Source: Flavobacteriales bacterium
Lineage (GTDB): Bacteria > Bacteroidota > Bacteroidia > Flavobacteriales > BACL11
Length of the DNA: 64,000 nt
Direction of reading: 5' to 3'
NCBI GenBank assembly: GCA_947502765.1
Contig: CANNBA010000002.1
Coordinates: 15,672 to 79,671 of the forward strand
Numbering within the stretch: position 1 is the stretch's first letter; each line of letters begins with the position of its first letter. The position numbers and the translations under genes were made by a program. Shown one piece after another: positions 31,526-43,165 of the stretch. The notes under the pieces are model-generated. The model ran no database searches and had not been told where the DNA came from. It saw nothing but the letters and a program-made list of their open reading frames with translations.

Positions 31526-32140
31526 ATGAGAATTTTATTTATTCTTTTCTTATCCGTTCAGTTTTTATCCGCTCAACAGCTTGTTGATAGTGGTATATTT
31601 GAGGTGTGTTATTCTGAAAAAAAACAACAACCCTTATGGTTAGAATATGAAGTAGCCTGTCATACAAAAGCTTATGATCGTAAAGGATTGGATTTTAAAC
31701 AAGACAAGTCTTTTAAAGGAGTAACTTCTGATGAAAATGATTACCACAAGAATGTATGGGATAAAGGCCATTTGGCTCCTGCTGCCGCTTTTAATTGCGA
31801 TTATGAAAGCTTAAAAGCAACCTTTTCTTATTTGAATTGTGCTTTGCAGCACGAAAAACTAAATAGGGGGCCTTGGAAAGATTTAGAGGCATATGAGAGA
31901 GAGTTATCCAAAACATATAAAGTTAATGTTAGGATTGAGTTGGAATTTGATTCTCAAAGTTTATTGTTGGAGACAGGAGCATTGGTTCCTTCTTTTTTCA
32001 GAAAAATAATAAGTTATAATAATATTCAAAGAGTATTTCGCTTCCCAAATAATACAAGCGTTTACAAAAGGAAATGGCAAAATTATGAAGTACACGCACC
32101 TTTTAAAATAATAGAAGGATGTAAAGAATATTCCTTCTAA
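31526..32140 (+). CDS. secreted DNA/RNA non-specific endonuclease (NucA/EndoG family)
   Basis: Signal peptide; WDKGHLAPAA (DRGH-type); LNRGPWKDLE. Confidence 0.9.
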   Translation: MRILFILFLSVQFLSAQQLVDSGIFEVCYSEKKQQPLWLEYEVACHTKAYDRKGLDFKQDKSFKGVTSDENDYHKNVWDKGHLAPAAAFNCDYESLKATFSYLNCALQHEKLNRGPWKDLEAYERELSKTYKVNVRIELEFDSQSLLLETGALVPSFFRKIISYNNIQRVFRFPNNTSVYKRKWQNYEVHAPFKIIEGCKEYSF

Positions 32141-32270
32141 TTATCAGATTAAATCTTAATCTTGATGAGGGCACTTTATATGATATTGTTAAATGTTTGT
32201 TAATAAATCGGACTGAATTTTAAACCCAATATTTTTTTTTAGTACACTTAATTTCTATTTTCGTATTGTA

Positions 32271-32470
32271 TTTAGTACACTAAAGGATAGTGTAAAAGGG
32301 AATGGGGTGAGATGCCTCAACTTTTCCAGAAGCTGTAAGGTTCGTATAATTTGAATACCGCAATGCCACTGTTTAAACAACGGGAAGGCCAATTCAGAGG
32401 ACCAAGTCAGAAGACCTGCTAAATGCCATTATGTTAAATATTCTCTGGAAGAAGAGTATTTAAGATTTTT
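32271..32470 (+). ncRNA. cobalamin (B12) riboswitch with expression platform
   Basis: AAAAGGGAA..GGTGAGATGCC, GCTGTAA, GCCACTG, GGGAAGG and B12 box AAGTCAGAAGACCTGC. P1 is TTTAGTA/TGCTAAA. Downstream hairpin 32434-32463 has loop TCTGGAA, complementary to TTCCAGA at 32324-32330 (kissing loop). Confidence 0.92.
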
Positions 32471-32493
32471 AAAAATTAAAAAAAATATTTATT

Positions 32494-33699
32494 ATGAAAA
32501 AAAGTGCATTTTGTATGCTCGTTTTGGCTGTACAAATAACTGCTGCCAAAGCTCAAGAGTATGTTCATCAGGTTATTGTTTTAAATGAAGGTTATTTTGA
32601 TTATAACTTAAATCAGTCTATTGTTCCACCCACTTTAGGTTCTTATAATCCAACTACACAAGCCTATACTAGCGTTGACACTTTGCATACAGCAAGGTTT
32701 GCTTCAGATTTAGTTGTTGATGCTAATTATTTTTATGTTGCAGCAGACAATATGTTGTATAAGTATGATAAAAATACCTATGATGTAATTACAACTCAAG
32801 CAGTAGATGGTATCCGTAATTTATCAGTTTGGAATGATAAAATTATTGTAACTAGAGGAGATTATGATAATACTACATTTTCACCAATATTTTTTAATTC
32901 GTATTTACAAGTATTTAATACTTCAGATTTAAGTTTACATACAGAAATAGATACTATAACAGGGCCTAAATGGGCAACACAAAATTTAGTTGTTAATAAT
33001 GACAAGCTTTATGTTGCAATAAATAATGCTTATGAATGGGGTAATTATAAAGGACTTGTTGGGATATTGGATTTAAATACTTTTGCTTATTTAAACGAAA
33101 TAGATTTAGGAATAGATGGGATTAATCCTGATAATATGATTAAAAGTGGAGACCATATTTACACTATTAATAATAAAGATTGGTCGGGATCTTCTATATC
33201 ACAACTGAGTTTATTAACCAATTCTGTTATTACTACCAATTTAGCTGCTGCTCCTACTGGCTGTGGTACATCATGTTTGCGAGATAATAAAATCAATTAT
33301 CAAATTTCAGGAGATACTATTTTAAATGAATGGGATCTCTCTTTATTACCTAGTACAGGATCACCATTACCAATTAGTCAAAGTTTTTATGATTTATCTT
33401 ACGATCCTATTAATACTCTACTGTATGCAAGTATAACTGATTATGCTACTTCAGGCTCAGTTAATATCTATGATGCCAATAACTTTTTACTTTCTTCTTT
33501 TGTATGTGGAATTTCACCAGGAACCATTGTTTTTGATATTAGAAGTGCTACAACTGGTATTTCTTCAGTAGTTTCAGATAATGTTGATCAAAGTTCTAAT
33601 CAATACTATGATATGCTTGGTAGATTAATTAGCAATGATCGATTTATTAAGAGAGGTATGTATATAAAAGATAATAAGCAGATTTTTATTGTTAAATAA
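32494..33699 (+). CDS. BtuG/DUF5074-like beta-propeller with T9SS type-A-like C-terminal sorting domain
   Basis: Cleavable signal peptide (AKA-Q, no lipobox); VLNEGYF motif; propeller blades; CTD TGISSV...YYDMLGR...RGMYIKDNKQIFIVK; directly downstream of the B12 riboswitch. Confidence 0.75.
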   Translation: MKKSAFCMLVLAVQITAAKAQEYVHQVIVLNEGYFDYNLNQSIVPPTLGSYNPTTQAYTSVDTLHTARFASDLVVDANYFYVAADNMLYKYDKNTYDVITTQAVDGIRNLSVWNDKIIVTRGDYDNTTFSPIFFNSYLQVFNTSDLSLHTEIDTITGPKWATQNLVVNNDKLYVAINNAYEWGNYKGLVGILDLNTFAYLNEIDLGIDGINPDNMIKSGDHIYTINNKDWSGSSISQLSLLTNSVITTNLAAAPTGCGTSCLRDNKINYQISGDTILNEWDLSLLPSTGSPLPISQSFYDLSYDPINTLLYASITDYATSGSVNIYDANNFLLSSFVCGISPGTIVFDIRSATTGISSVVSDNVDQSSNQYYDMLGRLISNDRFIKRGMYIKDNKQIFIVK

Positions 33700-33743
33700 A
33701 TTTTTTATTTGCAAAGAATCTACTATCTTCTATCATTAAAATT

Positions 33744-33773
33744 AAAAAGGCCGAGTATTACTTGGCTTTTTTT
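33744..33773 (+). terminator. intrinsic terminator between the two propeller genes
   Basis: GCCGAGT-att-ACTTGGC stem (one G-U pair) followed by 7 T and preceded by an A tract. Confidence 0.7.
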
Positions 33774-33795
33774 ATCTTTACCAAAAAATAAAAAC

Positions 33796-34866
33796 ATGAA
33801 ATTATTCAATTATTTACTAATAGCTACACTTCTTATTTCTTCATGTAAAGAAGATGAGGCTGATGGGCCTATTTTTGATGAAAATTATGGAGAAGGAATG
33901 TATATTGTTTCAGATATAGGCGTTAGCTTTTATAATTACAAAGATTCGTTAGCACAAGTAATAAATCAGATTTATAAAACGGTTAATAATATCACAATTA
34001 GTAATCCAAAGAAAATTAAATTCAATGGGGGTAAAGCTTATATTTTAGCTGATAATTATATTATTGTAGTTGATGCAAAAACATTTGAACATCAGGGGAT
34101 GATTAGTGGATTTGTAAATCCTGTCGATTTTGATTTTGTAAGTAATGATAGATTTTTTGTAGTAGATAAAGGGGATTCAAAAGTAAAAGTAGTTGATCTT
34201 AAGAATATGGAAATCACTTCTGATATTGAAACTGGAGACAATACTAGTCCAGTGTTTATTTTAAGCAATTCATACAAATCATTTGTTTTAAATGGAGGTG
34301 AATTATCAAGTCAAATAAAAGATTCAACAGTTGTAGTAATTGAGTTTAGAGATAATTTAGTAGCATTAGCTAATTTTGAAGGAAGTCTTCAAGTTGGAGA
34401 AAATCCTAATTCTGCAATTTTTACACAGGCTGGAAGATTAATAGTATTATGCAAGGGAATTTATGATGTAGTAAATCCAAATAATAATACAGCATCTTCT
34501 TTATCTGATATAAATCAATATAGCAATGAAGTATATAGTACGGATATTCTTTCAGGAATATATAACGCCCAAAATTTAATTAGTAATTTTGATAACAGTA
34601 GATGTTATTTTACAGCAGAAGGGGGCGTTTACAAACTCAATTCAAACACTCTAAATGTTACTTCATTAGCGAGTGTCAATGCTAGCGTGATTAATACAAA
34701 TATTGAATCTCTTGAAGTAAACGATAGTACTACGGTGTATTATGAAATGTTATATATGAATGATGTCAATTCTCCAAATTCTATCTATAAATACAATCTT
34801 GATTTATCATCTTTTGTTGATACAATTATTGTTAATGGCACTGTAAGAGATATTAAATTCTATTAA
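33796..34866 (+). CDS. BtuG/YncE-like beta-propeller surface lipoprotein (start moved to 33796)
   Basis: MKLFNYLLIATLLISS-C-KEDE lipobox with acidic export signal; blades GKAYIL, VKVVDL, DSTVVVI, VGENPNS. Confidence 0.72.
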   Translation: MKLFNYLLIATLLISSCKEDEADGPIFDENYGEGMYIVSDIGVSFYNYKDSLAQVINQIYKTVNNITISNPKKIKFNGGKAYILADNYIIVVDAKTFEHQGMISGFVNPVDFDFVSNDRFFVVDKGDSKVKVVDLKNMEITSDIETGDNTSPVFILSNSYKSFVLNGGELSSQIKDSTVVVIEFRDNLVALANFEGSLQVGENPNSAIFTQAGRLIVLCKGIYDVVNPNNNTASSLSDINQYSNEVYSTDILSGIYNAQNLISNFDNSRCYFTAEGGVYKLNSNTLNVTSLASVNASVINTNIESLEVNDSTTVYYEMLYMNDVNSPNSIYKYNLDLSSFVDTIIVNGTVRDIKFY

Positions 34867-34908
34867 TAGCTACAAGAATTTTAAAAATTATCTTTATAAG
34901 TCAAAAAT

Positions 34909-35571
34909 ATGAAAATACTATTAGTTGGAGCCAGCAGTGATATTGCTTGTCATTTATATGATAATTATTCAGATAAATATGAATTTATTAGATTGAGCAC
35001 AAATTCTTTATTTAGTTGTGTAGATAATTTTGACATTTTGAATCCATTAACATATCTTGATATAGATAGTCTTGATGGTATTGTTTATTTTCCTGGCACT
35101 ATTGTTTTAAAACCATTCAGACAATTAGAAATAAATGATTTTAAATCTGATTACGATATAAATGTTTTGGGTCTTTTAAATATTTTAAAATTTTATGAGG
35201 CTAAGTTGTCAATTGGCTCATCTATTGTTTTTATCAGTTCAGTAGCGGCAAGCACAGGAATGCCATTTCATTCTTCAATTGCTATGTGTAAATCATCTCT
35301 AGAGGCTTTAGCAAGAAGCCTTGCTGCTGAGTGGTCACCAAATATTAGAGTAAATTGCGTTGCTCCATCACTTATTAATACTAAGCTTTCTAAACGGTTT
35401 TTCAGAAATGATAAACAAAAAGAAATGATGAATGAAAGACATCCTTTAAAAACTACTGGTAGCGCTAAAGATATTTCATATGCTATAGAATTTTTATTAT
35501 CTAAAAAATCGAGTTGGGTTACTGGTCAGGTATTCAATATTGATGGTGGTATATCCTCAATAAAGTTGTAA
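34909..35571 (+). CDS. short-chain dehydrogenase/reductase (atypical)
   Basis: GASSDIA Rossmann-like start, ISSVA, IRVNCVAP, WVTGQVFNIDGG. Confidence 0.88.
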   Translation: MKILLVGASSDIACHLYDNYSDKYEFIRLSTNSLFSCVDNFDILNPLTYLDIDSLDGIVYFPGTIVLKPFRQLEINDFKSDYDINVLGLLNILKFYEAKLSIGSSIVFISSVAASTGMPFHSSIAMCKSSLEALARSLAAEWSPNIRVNCVAPSLINTKLSKRFFRNDKQKEMMNERHPLKTTGSAKDISYAIEFLLSKKSSWVTGQVFNIDGGISSIKL

Positions 35572-35585
35572 TTTTTACTTTAGAA

Positions 35586-36866
35586 ATGAAAACGAATATC
35601 TTTTGGTTTAGAAGGGATTTGCGTTTAGATGATAATATTGGACTTAATTCAGCTTTGTCATCAGGAAATCCTGTTTTAGGGATCTTTATTTTTGATGAGG
35701 ATATTATAGAAAATTTACCTAATGATGATGCGAGAATTAGCTTCATTTATCAAAAATTAGAAGAAATAAATAAAAGATTAAATAATGTTAATTCTTCATT
35801 GTTAGTTATTAAAGGTAAGCCTATAAATGTATTTAATAATTTAATAAAGGAGTATGAGATTGAAAATTTGTATTCCAATTTAGATTATGAGCCTTACGCA
35901 ATTGATCGTGATAAAAAAATTAGTGATTTGCTGAAAAAAAAGAAGAAGCACCATTTTCAATATAAAGATCAGGTAATATTTGGACCAACAGAAATATTAA
36001 AAGAAAATAGTTTACCGTATACTGTTTTTACTGCTTATAAAAATAAATGGCTTTCAAAATTTAAGCAAGCATCTATTTCTACTGAAATCTTTTTAGATTT
36101 TTCTAATTTTTTAAAAATTAAGAATCAATTTCCGTTATTATCTGAGATTGGTTTTCTAAAGTCTAAAATTAAAGTAGTAGATTTTAACTTGGAATCGACA
36201 CGTAATTATTCTAGCCAAAGAGATTATCCTTTCTTAAATGCAGGCACTTCATTAAGTGTTCATCTTCGCTTTGGAACTATTAGTATAAGGCATGTTATTA
36301 ATTCGATACCAAATAATGAGACTACTTTTTTATCAGAATTAATTTGGAGAGAATTTTTTATGCAGATTTTATTTCACTTCCCATATGTGGTAAATTCAAA
36401 TTTTAAAAAGAAATATGATAAGATACAATGGAAAAACGATAAAAAAGATTTTCAAAATTGGTGTGATGGCAAAACTGGATATCCAATTGTAGATGCTGGA
36501 ATGCAAGAATTAAAAATCACTGGCTATATGCATAACAGGGCTCGCATGATTGTTGCAGGTTTTTTATGCAAGCATTTATTGATTGATTGGCGTTGGGGCG
36601 AAAGATATTTTAGTTTGAAACTATTAGACTATGAGTTGTCTTCTAATAATGGCAATTGGCAGTGGGCAGCAGGTACTGGATGTGATTCTGCTCCATATTT
36701 TAGAATTTTCAATCCAATTACTCAGCAAAAAAGATTTGATAAAGATTTTATATATATTAAAAGATGGATTAAAGATTTTGATAAAGAAAATTATATTGAA
36801 TCTATTGTAGAGCATGATTTTGCTCGTAAAAGAGCACTTCAAGCATATAAATTAGCTTTAGAATAG
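35586..36866 (+). CDS. phrB: deoxyribodipyrimidine photolyase (class I CPD-type)
   Basis: WFRRDLRLDDN, ELIWREF, GKTGYPIVDAGM, MHNRARM, NNGNWQW, RIFNP. Confidence 0.93.
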   Translation: MKTNIFWFRRDLRLDDNIGLNSALSSGNPVLGIFIFDEDIIENLPNDDARISFIYQKLEEINKRLNNVNSSLLVIKGKPINVFNNLIKEYEIENLYSNLDYEPYAIDRDKKISDLLKKKKKHHFQYKDQVIFGPTEILKENSLPYTVFTAYKNKWLSKFKQASISTEIFLDFSNFLKIKNQFPLLSEIGFLKSKIKVVDFNLESTRNYSSQRDYPFLNAGTSLSVHLRFGTISIRHVINSIPNNETTFLSELIWREFFMQILFHFPYVVNSNFKKKYDKIQWKNDKKDFQNWCDGKTGYPIVDAGMQELKITGYMHNRARMIVAGFLCKHLLIDWRWGERYFSLKLLDYELSSNNGNWQWAAGTGCDSAPYFRIFNPITQQKRFDKDFIYIKRWIKDFDKENYIESIVEHDFARKRALQAYKLALE

Positions 36867-36901
36867 TTATTTACCAATAAACAATTTGGAGTTTACTATT
36901 G

Positions 36902-37825
36902 TTAAAGTTTTTCCAATAATTCTTTATAAAGATTAATCATAGATGTTATATCTTTTTTGTGTACTTTTTCATCTGGAGAGTGGACATGTTCTTCAGGTGC
37001 TCCAACAAAACACCAATCCCAAGGATAATGACTTTTCTGTAATTCATTTCCATCAGATCCTCCGGCATTTTCTACTTCTAATTGAAAAGGTATTGTTGAT
37101 TTCTTAGCAATAGCTATAATTTTATTTACAAATGATTTTCTTGGAATTCCACTATCTCTAAGTGAGATAGCGCAACCTTTTGCGTGTTTTACACCATCAG
37201 TTACCCAAGTGATGTCAGAAATTAATGCTTGACTTACATTGTAAGTTTCATAAATAAACTTTCCTAAATAACCTGCTGAACCGCCTCCATGCTCTTCCCA
37301 AGATGAGAAAACAATAATTCCATTTTGAAGTGTTTTTGCTACCTCTAATGCGTTCCAAACTCCTAATCGGTTATCCATATAACAAGATTGAATAAAATTC
37401 TTATCTTCTCTAAAATTAACTTTAAAAGTAAGGGAGGTTCCTCTATCAATTTCTCTTTGAAAATCAATAAACATTTTTTGATTTTCTTTTTTGCCTTTAT
37501 GGATGAGTTTTCCTTGAATTTTACCTTTTGAATCTTGTCCAACTAAAATAATTCCTTCAGTAGTTACAGGGCCTCCAATTTTTACAATTTCATTATTGTA
37601 TTTTACAGTAAATCCAATTGAATCTAGATGTGCAAAAATTGCAGTTTTTGGATTTTCCCCAAACACCATAATTAGATTATCCTGAAATCCATCTCCATAG
37701 TGTAAAATAGGTTTTACTTGCCAATCCTTTTTGTTTTTTTCAATGTAGTTTAATAAGAATTGAGTAATAGCAAACTCTTCTCCTGAAGGAGCGTGAATTT
37801 CACACAGTTGTTTTAGTAATTTCAT
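36902..37825 (-). CDS. M42/M20-family aminopeptidase
   Basis: APSGEE, AHLDSIG, MDNRLG, WEEHG, GGSDG, HSPDE. Confidence 0.87.
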   Translation of the reverse strand: MKLLKQLCEIHAPSGEEFAITQFLLNYIEKNKKDWQVKPILHYGDGFQDNLIMVFGENPKTAIFAHLDSIGFTVKYNNEIVKIGGPVTTEGIILVGQDSKGKIQGKLIHKGKKENQKMFIDFQREIDRGTSLTFKVNFREDKNFIQSCYMDNRLGVWNALEVAKTLQNGIIVFSSWEEHGGGSAGYLGKFIYETYNVSQALISDITWVTDGVKHAKGCAISLRDSGIPRKSFVNKIIAIAKKSTIPFQLEVENAGGSDGNELQKSHYPWDWCFVGAPEEHVHSPDEKVHKKDITSMINLYKELLEKL

Positions 37826-37906
37826 TATCTATTTTTGATATATTTTTATAATATTAGAGGTTATTTGAAGACGCTTTCTGTTTCTTTATAAGTTCATTAA
37901 ACATTA

Positions 37907-38767
37907 TTAGGAAAACAAGTAAATAGCACAAATTGAAAGCAAGATACCAATCCAATTATTTTGAGTCAGCTTTTCTTTAAAAATTAGTAAACCAATGACA
38001 GAGGAAGAAACCACAACCCCCATGCTAACAAGAGGGAAAACTTCAGCACTAGAAATATTAGGATCTTCTAATGCTTTTAAGAAAAAAACTAGAGAGAAAA
38101 AATTAGGAACACCAAAAATAACTCCCCAAAAAAGATTTTTTAGTTGTAATGGTTTTTTTGATGTTATTGATTGCCCTAACAGAATTAGAATTCCAGTAAT
38201 ACTAGCAAAAAAGAATAATACCATAAAAAACAAATAACTTCCTTCTTCAGGAAATTTTTGCGCAAAATCATTAAAAATAGCATCAGAAATTCCTTGACCA
38301 ATAAAAACCAGTACAATTAACCAAAGATATTTCTTATTAAAATTTAATTTTCCTCCTGTTGTAGAAGATAAATAAATACCAATAATAGCTAAGAGAAATG
38401 CAATTCCTTTTAATAGATCAAAAGTGTTGCTTTTAGGGTATAGAAGTAGTGCTGCACCAACAGGAATAATTAATGACATTTTATTGGCAACTGTAGTAAT
38501 AGAAATTCCAACTTTTTGGATTCCAAATGAATACAAGTTAAATACAATAAAAAATAGGGTACCGATAATTATTGCATGATATAGCCAAGAAACTTGTAAT
38601 ATGTAATCAAGTGAAAAATTAGTTTCTAAAAAAAGATAAGAACAAACTGCTCCAGTAAGATAGTTTGCAATTAATGCTTGTAAATTATCAACTTTATATT
38701 TCTGAAACATCTTAAATCCAATTATTAAAATATTGAATAGGAGTATGGTGTAAATTATGTTAATCAT
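37907..38767 (-). CDS. EamA/DMT-family transporter
   Basis: About 10 TM segments; ANKMSLIIPV, GVPNFFS, FKEKL. Confidence 0.87.
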   Translation of the reverse strand: MINIIYTILLFNILIIGFKMFQKYKVDNLQALIANYLTGAVCSYLFLETNFSLDYILQVSWLYHAIIIGTLFFIVFNLYSFGIQKVGISITTVANKMSLIIPVGAALLLYPKSNTFDLLKGIAFLLAIIGIYLSSTTGGKLNFNKKYLWLIVLVFIGQGISDAIFNDFAQKFPEEGSYLFFMVLFFFASITGILILLGQSITSKKPLQLKNLFWGVIFGVPNFFSLVFFLKALEDPNISSAEVFPLVSMGVVVSSSVIGLLIFKEKLTQNNWIGILLSICAIYLFS

Positions 38768-39788
38768 TATAAAGTATTTTTAGATGATCAACTCCAATTT
38801 CTGCTTCTTCTCTTGTATTTCCTATAATCTTTGGAGCTCTTACTGCATGAATTAGATTTTCTTTTGTAGTAAAAATTCTTGCTTCATCCCACATACTGAT
38901 ATCAATAAAGGATTGTAAAGTTATTGTTCCCCCTTCAATTATAACAGATTGAATATTTTGTTTATATAATTCTTCTAATATATTTTTAATCAAGTTATTA
39001 AAATTAATTTTAATGTAATTGATATTAGATTGAGTATCTGATTTTATGTGATTAAAGACAATAGTCCTAGCTTCATTATTGAATAGGTTTAACTCTTTTG
39101 AGAGTTTTAAATCCTTGTCAATCACAATTCGTATTGGATGATTTCCTTTTACTTCACGAACTGTTAGAGAAGGATTGTCTTTTTCAGCGGTAATTCTACC
39201 CACTAGAATTGCATCTTCTTCTGCTCTCCATTTATGAACTATTTTCTTAGATTCACTAGAAGTCATCCAAAAAGGTTCGCTTTGATTATGAGGTGCTATA
39301 AACCCATCTTTACTTTCGGCCCATTTTAATATAATGTAGGGCCTTTTCTTTTCCTGAAAAGTGAAGAATCTGGTATTAAGCTCTCTGCTTTCTTTTTCCA
39401 AAACTCCAAGAATAACTTCTAATCCTGCATTTTGCAATTTCTCAATTCCTTTTCCTGAAACCTTATGATAGGTATCTAAACATCCGATAATTACTTTTGG
39501 TATTTTGTATTCAATTATATGATTAGAACAGGGGGCTGTTTTGCCAAAATGAGCACAAGGTTCTAGATTTACATAAAGCGTGGATTTTTTTAGCAAACTT
39601 TTATCTTTTACGCTTGCAATTGCATTCACTTCTGCATGAGAAAATCCATATTTTTCATGATACCCTTCACCTATTATTTCATTATTGTAAACAATAACAC
39701 AGCCTACCATAGGATTGGGAGATACATTTCCTTTTCCTTTACTGGCTAATTCCAAACATTTTTGGATGAAAAACTCTTGTGTTTGCAT
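38760..39788 (-). CDS. ribD: riboflavin biosynthesis deaminase/reductase
   Basis: PNPMVG, HAE, LEPCAH...PC, IIEGG. Confidence 0.97.
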   Translation of the reverse strand: MQTQEFFIQKCLELASKGKGNVSPNPMVGCVIVYNNEIIGEGYHEKYGFSHAEVNAIASVKDKSLLKKSTLYVNLEPCAHFGKTAPCSNHIIEYKIPKVIIGCLDTYHKVSGKGIEKLQNAGLEVILGVLEKESRELNTRFFTFQEKKRPYIILKWAESKDGFIAPHNQSEPFWMTSSESKKIVHKWRAEEDAILVGRITAEKDNPSLTVREVKGNHPIRIVIDKDLKLSKELNLFNNEARTIVFNHIKSDTQSNINYIKINFNNLIKNILEELYKQNIQSVIIEGGTITLQSFIDISMWDEARIFTTKENLIHAVRAPKIIGNTREEAEIGVDHLKILYND

Positions 39789-39792
39789 GGCT

Positions 39793-39818
39793 CAAAAGTA
39801 CTAAATTGAATACATTTG
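39793..39818. promoter_or_regulatory. back-to-back -7 elements for ribD (TACTTTTG, -) and prmC (TACATTTG, +)
   Basis: Each motif ends 4 nt before its ATG in a 34-bp intergenic gap. Confidence 0.7.
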
Positions 39819-39822
39819 TAGT

Positions 39823-40656
39823 ATGGAAACACTTAGCAATATCATTCCTTACTTTAGAAAAGAATTAACTCCTATTTTTGAAGAAAGAGAAGTGATAAGC
39901 TGGGCGTATTTGAGTATTGAGCATGTTTTAGGTTATAATCGTTCTGATTGTATTATTCACCCAAATAAAAGAATTGAGGTCAAGATATCAGATAAGTTCC
40001 TACAAATTATTGAGGATTTAAAAACTAGAAAACCATTACAATACATTCTTGGTGAAACAACCTTTTATGGGCTTAAATTAAAAGTAAATGAATATACGCT
40101 TATCCCTAGACCCGAAACTGAAGAATTAGTAGCTTGGATTTTGCAAGAAGATTTTAAGTATGCAATAGATATAGGAACGGGTAGTGGTTGTATTGCTATT
40201 GCTTTGGCAAAATATTCTAATGCAAGTATTTCTGCAATTGATATTTCAGCAAATGGTTTAAAAGTAGCTCAAGAGAATGCCGTTTTAAATAATGTGAAAG
40301 TAGTATTTATCCATCAGGACATTTTGCAAACAAAAACACTTCCTAAAGTAAATTTAATTGTCAGTAATCCGCCTTATGTTTTGAATTCTGAAAAAGAAAG
40401 AATGCAGGAGAATGTTTTAGCATACGAACCTCATTCGGCGCTTTTTGTTACTGATAAAAATCCACTTATTTTTTACAAGCAAATTGCTAATTTAGCTACT
40501 AAATCACTTACTAGTGGAGGAAAATTGTTTTTTGAAATTAACGAGCAGTTTGGTAATGAATTAATTGTAATTTTGACTAAGAGTGGTTTTGTTGATATTG
40601 AGTTGAAAAAAGATATAAACGATAGAGATAGAATGATAAAAGCCATTTGGAAATAA
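39823..40656 (+). CDS. prmC: release-factor glutamine methyltransferase
   Basis: PLQYILG, LIPRPETEEL, DIGTGSGCIA, SNPPY. Confidence 0.97.
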   Translation: METLSNIIPYFRKELTPIFEEREVISWAYLSIEHVLGYNRSDCIIHPNKRIEVKISDKFLQIIEDLKTRKPLQYILGETTFYGLKLKVNEYTLIPRPETEELVAWILQEDFKYAIDIGTGSGCIAIALAKYSNASISAIDISANGLKVAQENAVLNNVKVVFIHQDILQTKTLPKVNLIVSNPPYVLNSEKERMQENVLAYEPHSALFVTDKNPLIFYKQIANLATKSLTSGGKLFFEINEQFGNELIVILTKSGFVDIELKKDINDRDRMIKAIWK

Positions 40657-40683
40657 TTATTTTTGAAAACATAAAATTATGAT

Positions 40684-43164
<2,481 letters not shown>

Positions 43165-43165
<1 letters not shown>

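Noticed and set aside
32412-32439. Perfect XerD arm TTATGTTAAAT (32429-32439) as a second dif/pdif
   Set aside because: The would-be XerC arm (AGACCTGCTAA) is the riboswitch B12 box/P1 and lacks ATAA; better explained by RNA structure and chance.
33709-33795. N-terminal extension of the lipoprotein ORF (likewise 45178-45195 for bamD and 27822-27845 for smpB)
   Set aside because: The extensions cover terminator or promoter elements; downstream ATGs give proper signal peptides or N-termini.
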